A stretch of DNA of 64,000 nucleotides from Eledone cirrhosa (lineage: Eukaryota), in NCBI GenBank assembly GCA_964016885.1, contig OZ024741.1, forward strand, positions 261,950,001 through 262,014,000. The letters are read 5' to 3'. Under the pieces are notes generated by a model, which saw nothing but the letters and a program-made list of their open reading frames with translations, was not told where the DNA came from and made no database searches. The position numbers and the translations under genes were made by a program. Of the stretch, positions 15,001 through 27,839 are shown piece by piece (position 1 is the stretch's first letter; every line of letters starts with the position of its first letter).

Positions 15001-18000
15001 GACAACACCATCCTCTACCCCACCGTGGAAGTCTATCTTGCCTCTGACAACACCATCCTCTACCCCACGGAGGAAGTCTACCTTGCCTCTGTCAACACGA
15101 TCTTCTAACCCACCGAGGAAGTCTACCTTGCCTCTCTTAATACCATCCTCTACCCCACCGAGGAAGTCTACCTTGCCTCTGACAACACCATCCTCTACCT
15201 TACCGAAGAAGTTACCTTGCCTCTGTCAACACCATCCTCTACCCCACCGAGGAAGTCTACCTTGCCTCCATCAAAACCTTCCTCTACCCCACCGAGGAAG
15301 TCTACCTTGCCTCTGACAACACCATCCTGTACCTCACCGAGGAAGTCTACCTTGCCTCTGTCAACACCTACCACTACCTCACCGAGGAAGTCTAACTTGC
15401 CTCTGTCAACACCATCCTCTACCCTGCCGAGGAAGTCTACCTTGCCTCTGGTGAAAACATCCTCTACCCCACCGAGGAAGTCTACCTTGCCTCTGACAAC
15501 ACCATCCTCTATCCCACCGAGGATGTCAACCTTGCCTCTGTCAACACCATCCTCTACCCTGCCGAGGAAGTCTACCTTGCCTCTGGTGAAAACATCCTCT
15601 ACCCCACCGAAGAAGACTACCTTGCCTCTGTCAACACCATCCTCTACCCCACCGAGGAAGTCTACCTTGCCTCTGTCAACACCATCCTCTACCCCACCGA
15701 GGAAGTCTACCTTGCCTCTGGTTAAACCATCCTCTACCCCACCGAAGGAAGTCTACCTTGCCTCTGGTGACACCATCCTCTACCCCACCGAGGAAGTCTA
15801 CCTTGCCTCTGATGACACCATCCTCTAACCCACCGAGGAAGTCTACCTTGCCTCTGATGACACCATCCTCTACCCCACCGAGGAAGTCAACCTTGCCTCT
15901 GTCAACACCATCCTCTACCCCACCGAGGAAGTCTACCTTGCCTCTGACATCACCATCCTCTACCCCACCGAGGAAGTCTACCTTGCCTCTGACAACACCA
16001 TCCTCTACCCCACTGAGGAAGTCTACCTTGCCTCTAGTGACACGATCCTCTACCTCACCGAGGAAGATTAACTTGCCTGTGACAACACCATCATCTACCC
16101 CACCAAGGAAGTCTACCTTGCCTCTGACAACACCATCCTCTACCCCACTGAGGAAGTCTACCTTGCCTCTGGTCACACGATCCTCTACCTCACCGAGGAA
16201 GACTAACTTGCCTGTGACAACACCATCATCTACCCCACCGAAGAAGACTACCTTGCCTCTGTCAACACCATCCTCTACTCCACCGAGGAATTCTACCTTG
16301 CCTCTGTCAACACCATCCTCTACCCCACCGAGGAAGTCTACCTTGCCTCTGGTTAAACCATCCTCTACCCCACCGAAGGAAGTCTACCTTGCCTCTGGTG
16401 ACACCATCCTCTACCCCACCGAGGAAGTCTACCTTGCCTCTGATGACACCATCCTCTACCACACCGAGGAAGTCTACCTTGCCTCTGTCAACCCCATCCT
16501 CTACCCCACCAAGGAAGTCTACCTTGCCTCTGTCAACACCATCCTCTACCCCACCGAGGAAGTCTACCTTCCCTCTGACAACACCATCCTCTACCCCACC
16601 GAGGAAGTCTACCTTGCTTCTGTCAACACCATCCTCTACCCCACCGAGGAAGTCAACCTTGCCCCTGTCAACACCATCCTCTACCCCACCGAGGAAGTCA
16701 ACCTTGCCCATGTCAACACCATCCTCTACCCCACCGAGGAAGTCAACCTTGCCCCTGTCAACACCATCCTCTACCCCACCGAGGAAGTCTACCTTCCCTC
16801 TGACAACACCATCCTCTACCCCACCGAGGAAGTCTACATTGCCTCTGGTGACACTATCCTCTTCCTCACCGAGGAAGTCTACCTTGCCTCTGTCAACACC
16901 ATCCTCTACCCCACCGAGGAAGTCTACCTTGCCTCTGATAATACCATCCTCTACCCCACCGAGGAAGTCTACCTTGCCTCTGTCAACCCCATCCTCTACC
17001 TCACCGAGGAAGTCTACCTTGCCTCTGACAACACCATCCTCTACCCCACCGAGGAAGTCTACCTTGCCGCTGGTGACACCATCCTCTACCCCACCGAGGA
17101 AGTCTACCTTGCCGCTGGTGACACCATCCTCTACCCCACCGAGGAAGTCTACCTTGCCTCTGATGACACCATACTCTACCCCACCGAGGAAGTCTACCTT
17201 CCCTCTGACAACACCATCCTCTACCCCACCGAGGAAGTCTACATTGCCTCTGGTGACACTATCCTCTTCCTCACCGAGGAAGTCTACCTTGCCTCTGTCA
17301 ACACCATCCTCTACCCCACCGAGGAAGTCTACCTTGCCTCTGATAATACCATCCTCTACCCCACCGAGGAAGTCTACCTTGCCTCTGTCAACCCCATCCT
17401 CTACCTCACCGAGGAAGTCTACCTTGCCTCTGACAACACCATCCTCTACCCCACCGAGGAAGTCTACCTTGCCGCTGGTGACACCATCCTCTACCCCACC
17501 GAGGAAGTCTACCTTGCCGCTGGTGACACCATCCTCTACCCCACCGAGGAAGTCTACCTTGCCTCTGATGACACCATACTCTACCCCACCGAGGAAGTCT
17601 ACCTTCCCTCTGACAACACCATCCTCTACCCCACCGAGGAAGTCTACATTGCCTCTGGTGACACTATCCTCTTCCTCACCGAGGAAGTCTACCTTGCCTC
17701 TGTCAACACCATCCTCTACCCCACCGAGGAAGTCTACCTTGCCTCTGATAATACCATCCTCTACTCCACCGAGGAAGTCTACCTTGCCTCTGTCAACCCC
17801 ATCCTCTACCTCACCGAGGAAGTCTACCTTGCCTCTGACAACACCATCCTCTACCCCACCTAGGAATTCTACCTTGCTTCTGTCAACACCATCCTCTACC
17901 CCACCGAGGAAGTCTACCTTGCCGCTGGTGACACCATCCTCTACCCCACCGAGGAAGTCTACCTTGCCTCTGATGACACCATACTCTACCCCACCGAGGA

Positions 18001-20258
18001 AGTCTACCTTGCCTCTACCAACACCATCCTCTACATCACCGAGGAAGTCTACCTTGCCTCTGACAACACCATCCTCTAGCCCACCGAGGAAGTCTAACTT
18101 GCCTCTGTCAACACCATCCTCTACCCCACCGAGGAATTCTAGCTTGCCTCTCTCATCACCATCCTCTACCCCACCGAGGAAGTCTACCTTGCCCCTGTCA
18201 ACACCATCCTCTACCCCACCGAGGAAGTTTACCTTGCCTCTGTCAACACCATCCTCTACCCCACCGAGGAAGTCTACCTTGCCTCTGGTGACACCATCCT
18301 CTACCCCACCTAGGAAGTCTACCTTGCCTCTGTCAACACCATCCTCTACCCCACCGAGGAAGTCTACCTTGCCTCTATCAATACCATCATCCACACCACC
18401 GAGGAAGTCTACCTTGCCTCTGTCAACACCATCCTCTACCCCACCGAGGAAGTCTACCTTGCCTCTGATGACACCATCTTCTACCCCACCGAGGAAGTCT
18501 ACCTTGCCTCTGTCAACACCATCCTCTACCCCACCGAGGAAGTCTATCTTGCCTCTGACAACACCATCCTCTACCCCACCGAGGAAGTCTACCTTGTCTC
18601 TGTCAACACCATCCTCTACCCCACCGAGGAAGTCTACCTTGCCTCTGATGACACCATCCTCTTCCCCACTGAGGAAGTCTACCTTGCCTCTGACGACAGC
18701 TTCCTCTACACCACCGAGGAAGTCTACCTTGCCTCTGATGACACCATCCTCTAACCCACCGAGGAAGTCTACCTTGCCTCTGATGACACCATCCTCTACC
18801 CCACCGAGGAAGTCAACCTTGCCTCTGTCAACACCATCCTCTACCCCACCGAGGAAGTCTACCTTGCCTCTGACATCACCATCCTCTACCCCACCGAGGA
18901 AGTCTACCTTGCCTCTGACAACACCATCCTCTACCTCACCGAGGAATTCTACCTTGCCTCAGTCAACACCATCCTCTACCCCACTGAGGAAGTCTACCTT
19001 GCCTCTAGTGACACGATCCTCTACCTCACCGAGGAAGATTAATTTGCCTGTGACAACACCATCATCTACCCCACCAAGGAAGTCTACCTTGCCTCTGACA
19101 ACACCATCCTCTACCCCACTGAGGAAGTCTACCTTGCCTCTGGTCACACGATCCTCTACCTCACCGAGGAAGACTAACTTGCCTGTGACAACACCATCAT
19201 CTACCCCACCGAAGAAGACTACCTTGCCTCTGTCAACACCATCCTCTACTCCACCGAGGAATTCTACCTTGCCTCTGTCAACACCATCCTCTACCCCACC
19301 GAGGAAGTCTACCTTGCCTCTGGTTAAACCATCCTCTACCCCACCGAAGGAAGTCTACCTTGCCTCTGGTGACACCATCCTCTACCCCACCGAGGAAGTC
19401 TACCTTGCCTCTGATGACACCATCCTCTACCACACCGAGGAAGTCTACCTTGCCTCTGTCAACCCCATCCTCTACCCCACCAAGGAAGTCTACCTTGCCT
19501 CTGTCAACACCATCCTCTACCCCACCGAGGAAGTCTACCTTCCCTCTGACAACACCATCCTCTACCCCACCGAGGAAGTCTACCTTGCTTCTGTCAACAC
19601 CATCCTCTTCCCCACCGAGGAAGTCAACCTTGCCCCTGTCAACACCATCCTCTACCCCACCGAGGAAGTCAACCTTGCCCCTGTCAACACCATCCTCTAC
19701 CCCACCGAGGAAGTCAACCTTGCCCCTGTCAACACCATCCTCTACCCCACCGAGGAAGTCTACCTTCCCTCTGACAACACCATCCTCTACCCCACCGAGG
19801 AAGTCTACATTGCCTCTGGTGACACTATCCTCTTCCTCACCGAGGAAGTCTACCTTGCCTCTGTCAACCCCATCCTCTACCCCACCGAGGAAGTCTACCT
19901 TGCCTCTATCAATACCATCATCCACACCACCGAGGAAGTCTACCTTGCCTCTGTCAACACCATCCTCTACCCCACCGTGGAAGTCTACCTTGCCTCTGAT
20001 GACACCATCTTCTACCCCACCGAGGAAGTCTACCTTGCCTCTGTCAACACCATCCTCTACCCCACCGAGGAAGTGTATCTTGCCTCTGACAACACCATCC
20101 TCTACCCCACCGAGGAAGTCTACCTTGTCTCTGTCAACACCATCCTCTACCCCACCGAGGAAGTCTACCTTGCCTCTGATGACACCATCCTCTTTCCCAC
20201 TGAGGAAGTCTACCTTGCCTCTGACGACAGCTTCCTCTACACCACCAAGGAAGTCTAG
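1..20258. repeat. 45-bp tandem array (mini/satellite), about 450 units, truncated by the window start
   Basis: Unit CCATCCTCTACCCCACCGAGGAAGTCTACCTTGCCTCTGTCAACA is repeated continuously, with recurrent variant types and occasional 1-2 bp indels. The ORF track shows the matching 15-aa periodicity in several frames. Confidence 0.98.
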
Positions 20259-21420
20259 CTTCTCTCCATTTCAAACATGCCAAGCCACTTGCAGACCTCA
20301 GACTCATTGCTGTGACGTATTTCCCTGCCAGCAGCAGCAGAGAAGGAGATGATCTGTGACCTGGCTACCACGAAGGCATGATGTTCTCGCACTTCAGAAG
20401 CTAGGTGCCGCCTGCTAAGCACATTTTGGCCCTCACCAACAGATTGATTCACAGAATTCTAGACCCTTATTTCTGAGGTCTCTTCTTTTCAGCTTGCCTG
20501 ACTGTCCACAGGAAGATAGACTGTGAAATGCACCACATTGCGGTAGAAAATGTCTTCCGGAGGCCCACAGCCAAGATCATCATCAAATCTGTTGCAGCTG
20601 AATTAGGTGTGACCAGTGGCTAGGAGGGGATCAGTGATGCTGCTACACAGTTTATCAACAACTGTCCTCCTGAGCTAGTGCTGAGTGATTCCAGATATCT
20701 CATCATAAAACATGACATAAGGTAACATTTCCAACTATATGTACCATGACCACTTGTATGAGGCTTGCATTAGCCATGTCCCGTTCACCTGCACACTTAC
20801 CTATCTGTCATATGGGTCTCCGAGCATGATACTCACTGCAGACAAGATCATACCGTCCTCAACTGACGTATAGCAGGGTGATCTATTAGCCCTCCCCTCT
20901 TCGCTCTTGTGGTGGACAGCGTTGCTCGGAGCATCAGGCTGATACCTGGTTGATGCTTCTATAGCATCCGTCATGATCTCCAATCAGTGGTCCCTATTCT
21001 GACAGGGATCGACATCGAGATCAGCTGAACTATGTCGGAGGTCATGAATATCAATTAAAACGAAAAGGGATTCGCGGGTTCCGTCTCGGACATACGATCA
21101 TCACTCCACCAATTATAGGTGACCACCAAGAAAAGTTCATTGTCCTCGTTTCACCGATCCTCCTGCATGCCATTCGCTCTACTCTCCGGTTCAGGCTACG
21201 CCAGCTCAAAACCCTGACAAGTAGACTAATCCAGATCAATGCCCACCTGGCACCCTTTCTGTTGAGGAATTGCTCTTCATCATGATGAAGCTCTTACACA
21301 CCCTCCACAATGCTCCATGCTATTAAGAACATAAAACTTGATCAACTTACCATCGGTTCTTGAACATTTTTCTCCACACTGCCGATTCCTTGAGTCATCT
21401 TCTGTAACACAATCTCCGAC
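20259..21420 (+). mobile_element. Degenerate CRE-clade non-LTR retrotransposon, RT region
   Basis: Manual translation across stops and frameshifts gives LFFSACLTVHRKIDCEMHHIAVENVFRRPTAKII (cf. LxALxKKDGGIRPIAVGxxFRRLxAK), YGSPS...SSTDV*QGDLL (GVQQGDPLG), YLVD (YLDD) and FLLRNC. Region 21140-21320 also aligns by eye to the CRE copy at 48595-48780. Confidence 0.8.
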
Positions 21421-23097
21421 GGTTATATTGCATTCAGCTTTAATATATAGAGAAACAAAGAATTTTATTTTTAAACAGACATAAGCTCTGACTTCCTAGA
21501 AACACAGTAGAGAAGGGATCTGAACTTATGATATTTATGTGTTTCTAAATGTTGTAAACGACATATGTCGAATAAAATGTGGATGTAATTTGAAACTAAA
21601 TGTGAAATCATGGGTACACGGAACATGAAAATTATATAAACTTTTCAAATCTGAGTAATGAAATATGATCAAATTTTTCCCGAAGGTGCGATAAATACAA
21701 AGTATGAAAAGATTGGTGAGTCTATACCATAAGCATGACATCAATATCTTCTTAAAATTTTGACACAGATAACTAAATCTATCCATGAACAATCTCTCTA
21801 AGCATGTTTATCCATGCCTTGACTTTCGTTCCATCATCAAATTCACACAGATCAATCCTTTTAATCCAAAGTCACCTGGACATCTGTGGCTTCGCTTGCG
21901 AAATGAATGGCTCATCTCTAAAACCCAATCGAGTGAAGACCTTGCTGAGTGAGCGTCCTAAGTGAAGCCTCTACAGCCAACCTCAAGATGTTCACAGCAC
22001 TTCTTCCAGCTTCTCTTCTGGCACCTATCCATCAATTCCTTTAACTTTGATTGCTTCGTTGTTGATTTCTTCAATTTTCTCTTGTTGGGGCCCCGCGTAA
22101 CTCAGCATGTTCAGTTGATTTGTCACTTTATATATGATTATATCTGGAAGGAGCTTCATTGGTAGTATGTGCTATGGAAACCTCAACTGCTTTCCTGGAT
22201 CGACTTTCGTCTACAAGACAGAGACTGTATAGAAGAAACCTGTTCGTTTTCTTGACTGGCGATGAGATGAAGAAAGGTAATCGATTTATTTGGTGCACGG
22301 TAGTGTTTCTTTGTGACTCTGAAAGTAGTTAAACTTCCAACATACCTAGTCTAGGCGCCAACGGGAGAAGCCTCCAAGTGTCACTAGGCAGATATTTTTA
22401 AAATCCTCGTCCTGAACAGGGAAAGCAAGAATGTGTATGAAATAGTTAGGATTGGTAAGGCAACGTAGATTTTTCTAGACAAGGAACTGGAAACAATGTA
22501 ATTTTATCTGCATGAAGTTAAGGCATGTAATCCTGTGCTACGAAGTACTCTCCTACTTTCTGCATACCCTTTTCTGCTCTGATTAATCACCCATCTTCTA
22601 CATATAGCTTACACATATTCCAATCCCGCACTGCCATTTACAATGGTTCCCTCTATCTTATTTTGACTTCAGTGTACCTGCAGCACTTGCACTGCCATCT
22701 CTTACCCATTTTCTACCTGTTCTCAACGTGGTTTCAGCAGATGTTACCTTCAGATCAATGGAGTTACTGTACTATAAGACATCTGGTTCTTGTCACCACA
22801 AAGTCATCTGTGAGTGGCAGTTGCAAGATGTTACTAGTCCCATACATTACTGCATTTCAGAGGCTGTGGGAAAGTCTAACCACTTGTGGAGAATGCCACT
22901 GGTCTTCCTAATGATATTATCGGGAGTTTTATACTCCTACCTTAAACAGAGATCCCATGCACTCCACGTCGGCTTACCTGGTCACAATATTTAGGGAAAG
23001 GGTAACAAGAATAACGGACACGATAAAACATGTATTTATTCGTTTTCTAAGTCAGTTCCAATCTGATGATTTTCATTAATGCACACATGTATACAGT

Positions 23098-23230
23098 GAA
23101 GCACGTGGCTGAGTGGTTAATAAATTGGATTCGCAATCTTGAGGTTGTGAGTTTGACTCCCAGACCGGATGATGCGTTATGTCCTTGAGAGATACACTTT
23201 ATTACTCGTTGCTCCTTCTACCCGAAGTTG
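23098..23230 (+). mobile_element. tRNA-derived SINE head
   Basis: A-box-like TGGCTGAGTGG and B-box-like GAGTTTGACTCC at tRNA-like spacing, followed by a GTCCTTGAG...ACACTTTA body. Confidence 0.6.
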
Positions 23231-23250
23231 CGACCCATAGATAGTATTAG

Positions 23251-23409
23251 CAATTGGAAAGACCAATGGAAACATTATTTCCTCGGTCCGTTTGATGAAT
23301 GTCGACCGACTGTCGATACATGCATACGACAATCCATACACACATACCTGCAGGCATATATACATACATACGTACATGCATACATAAATACATGCATGCA
23401 TACATACTT

Positions 23410-23484
<75 letters not shown>

Positions 23485-24285
23485 CATACCTTTACACTAT
23501 AACGGCAGCGAAGATTCGAAACCGAATCTGAGCTTTCTCGCCTCTGGGACAAGCCGTGGTTAGTTGTTTACGCCCGGCAGAAAAAGTGAGACCACAGATA
23601 AGCGAGCACGTATTTTCACCAACGCTGTCAATACTCCCTTCACGAAAAACCAGTCTGTCCACTAATTTCTCACATGCCTTTCCCGCCTGGCTGATTGATT
23701 ACTACTACTGCTAAGACAAGAAAGTATACTAATTCACACACACGCACACATAGTAAGTTCACACTGTTTGCATTTTACACACACCATTTCTGTCTGTCAT
23801 ATTGTATCTTTCAGATACAATACAAATTATATTATAATCGTATTCTGTGATACTTGTATTTACGTGACTCGAAGATCCACCAACTTATTGCACGAATATT
23901 TCATGTTATAGATTTTATCATTCAATATTCAAATTGAATATTGTTATAATAAAATAAACATTGTAACAACACAATCCTGGTATTATTCTTTGCATTGAAA
24001 CCATCATACCAACAAACCCATCTATCCGTTACAACTGAATTCCACTTATTCGTTACAGATTGTATTAACAATTGGAAAGACCAATGGAAACATTATTTCC
24101 TCGGTCCGATTTGATGAATGTTGATCGACTGTCGATACATGCATACGAAAATCCATACACACATACCTGCAGGCATATATACATCCATACATACGTACAT
24201 GCATTCATAAATACATGTATGCATATGCATACAAACTTACACACACACACACACACATACACACACACACACACATATATATATA
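23251..24285 (+). repeat. Local direct duplication of about 180-210 bp (23251-23430 and 24069-24285)
   Basis: Both copies begin CAATTGGAAAGACCAATGGAAACATTATTTCCTCGGTCCG and end in (CA)n(TA)n. Confidence 0.85.
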
Positions 24286-24457
24286 TCACGGAGGCTCTAT
24301 CTCAAAATTATTTTTGAAAAGCATTATAAATGCGCAACCGGTAAAACTTAAAACCAAAACTGAATACTAACCAATACTATTACTAATTCTCACTTATTCC
24401 TAATTAAACTATTTTTCACCGTGAACAATTTGTCAGCATTTTCTATTCCGTTTACCA

Positions 24458-24527
<70 letters not shown>

Positions 24528-24539
24528 ACACATACATTC

Positions 24540-25372
24540 ATGGACCAATTCAAGAAAGTTGTGCATGGGTACCTGAGACGAAAACCACAGACCCTAGAGG
24601 GAATAAATCATTCAAAAAGCCTGGCATGTAGTTCTAGCAGGTTCATAACATCCTGCTTCGAAGGATATGCAATACAGGAACAAGAAATCCCTACTAAATA
24701 TCTACTACACAAAAGAGGAGGGCCATCTGGGGATAATAAATGTAGGCTATGTAAAACAAAGATTGAAGAAGTTAGCTATATTGTTGCCAACTGTGAAAGA
24801 ATGTTATCTCTTTAATACCTCCCTATCAGACACGATGTGATAGCTAGACCCACATGGAACGCACTTAGGAAAACAAGATTAAAAACAAACAAGGAGGAAT
24901 ATGTTGAGATAGATCTCACTAAGCAATACTGGTGGAACTTAAAAATAAAAAAAAATGTCATCAAATTAAAGCACAGCTGGCCCGATATTGATGTACGGGA
25001 CCACATATTGAAACAGGCTCTGTTGTCGAGATCAGTTTCCCACCTGATGTGAATGTTGTAAAAAAATACAGGAGAAGGAGGACATCTACAGACCATTGAT
25101 GAGGAGTTTACAGATCAAGTAACCAAGATACACCCTCAACTTGATACCTATTATTATTGGAACTACAAGTTATATACCAACCCGCTTGGGCCAAAGTATG
25201 ACTGAACTTGGATTTGTGGACAAGGAGCGCAGCTCCCTAATTCATAAACTATAAATGGCCGCGATAGCAGACACCTTCAAAATTTGAAAAACATTCTTGC
25301 GATTCAAGGGATGACAATTTTTTTCCTTTACAACCTTGCCACCAGGATGGTGGCCGGTCAAAAATGTACTCG
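24540..25372 (+). mobile_element. 3' fragment of an R4/Dong-like RLE LINE, degenerate
   Basis: AIQEQEIPTKY, CCHC remnant CRLCK...IVANC, RHD, YWWNLKI...KHSWPDI (PD-D/ExK endonuclease). Near-identical 3' end at 44427-45032. Confidence 0.75.
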
Positions 25373-25382
25373 AACATATGCA

Positions 25383-25800
25383 TTATAGGCATCCATCTTC
25401 ATTTTCTCTTTCAGGTTTTTCTGAGACCACACACGGTCCTGAAGAGCAGAAAAGAGGAATCAGTCGGAGAGATATTTCATCGTCGAATGAACAATGATGG
25501 TTTATCGTGTGACCGATGTAGGTAAAGTTTTCATCTACCTTCAGCTTCTTCCTGTCGACAAAGATGGAATGTTCCACATACGCAATACTTGATGCTGGTT
25601 GAAACATGACAACTGTTTTATCCAGATTTATTGTGATACCAAAGGCTTCGCATGACTGGGAAAACCTGCCGATGAAACACTGTATATCAGTGGCAATGTG
25701 TGAGACTAAGTTGCAGACATCGGTGTAGAGGAGATCACGTACAAGATTAGAATATCTTTTGATTTAGCAGCAACACAGCATATGTTGAATATTTGTCTGT
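25383..25800 (-). mobile_element. RTE-clade LINE RT fragment
   Basis: LLYTDVCNLV...FSQSCEAFGITINLDKTVVMFQP...LKVDENFTYIG matches the RTE pattern LFADDCAL...FGLTIxxxKTxVMxQP...FTYLG. Confidence 0.75.
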
Positions 25801-26090
25801 ACTACCACATGGTACATACGCAACTTGGTTACATATATATGTATATACATATATGTGAGTATATATGTATCATACACACATACCACTCTCTCTATGTATA
25901 TATAAATATATATGTATATATATACTATTAATAATGAGTTCAAAACTCAGGTAGTCCGTTACAATGAAATAGCTCAAAGAAAGAAGTATTTCTGAGCCGT
26001 GTATTATGAGCCGTGTATTAACTTGTATTATGTATATATATATATTATTGGAATCAATTGTTTGTGACTCCAGTCGAAACAGAAGGCCTC

Positions 26091-27010
<920 letters not shown>

Positions 27011-27194
27011 TACACACACACACACACACACACATATATATTATTTTTCATTTATATCAATAAGTATTTATATCTATCTATCTATCTATCTATCTTTTAT
27101 TGTATGTTAACTTCCCCCTTTGTATTTGTCCCCATCTTTTATGCCCCTGTGGCTAATAAAGAAATATATCTATCTATCTATCTATCTATCTAGA

Positions 27195-27277
<83 letters not shown>

Positions 27278-27309
27278 GAGGTTCTTTTAATGAAAAAAAC
27301 GAGATGTGC

Positions 27310-27632
27310 TACCCTCAAACACAAACTGGCGTCAAATTTGATGTACTTATTCACATGACAGTCATCAACTAACCAAATTACATTTATAAAAAACAATTTG
27401 AGCCACATATTAAAGTAAAAATGGCAATAAAAACCCTCAAACATGAACTGGCGCGAAGGTTGCTGTACTTATTCACGTGACAGCCATGAACCAACCAAAT
27501 TTCACTTATATATAAATAAACAACAATTTGAGCCAGATTTTTAAAAGCAAATACAATAAGAACTTTGTAACGCGAACTGGCGCGAAATTTATTATACTTA
27601 TTCACGTGACAGACACCAACCCACCAAATTAT
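27310..27632. repeat. Three diverged tandem copies of a ~125-bp unit
   Basis: AACTGGCG...TACTTATTCAC(A/G)TGACAG...ACCAAAT recurs at about 27324, 27446 and 27575. Confidence 0.75.
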
Positions 27633-27839
27633 TCTTTACAAACCCAGCAATTCGAGCTACTCTTTCCACATAAAACAAAAATAAGATTCGAACACCAACC
27701 AGATGCGAGAAAAACCACAAACCCTCCATCTCAATTCTACTTTTGAGAAGCATAAGAACTGTGAAACCAGTAAAGGAAACAAATAAATATTCTTAAAAGG
27801 ACTCCAGTTGCATTTTCGATTTCTTTTCCTTATATATAT

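Noticed and set aside
1-20258. CRISPR-like array
   Set aside because: No unique spacers, no cas genes, and a eukaryotic context; it is a pure tandem repeat.
33-20352. Long mucin-like (STPPRKSTLPL), ILYPTEEVYLAS and GGVEDGVDRGKVDFL ORFs up to 1289 aa
   Set aside because: The 45-bp unit simply lacks stops in several frames on both strands. Frequent 1-2 bp indels switch frames, and there is no signal peptide or unique domain, so there is no evidence of coding selection.
21430-23000. Possible host exon or CACTA/RTE remnant (e.g. RLGFRDEPF on the minus strand)
   Set aside because: Motifs are too short and broken to assign; needs a translated homology search.
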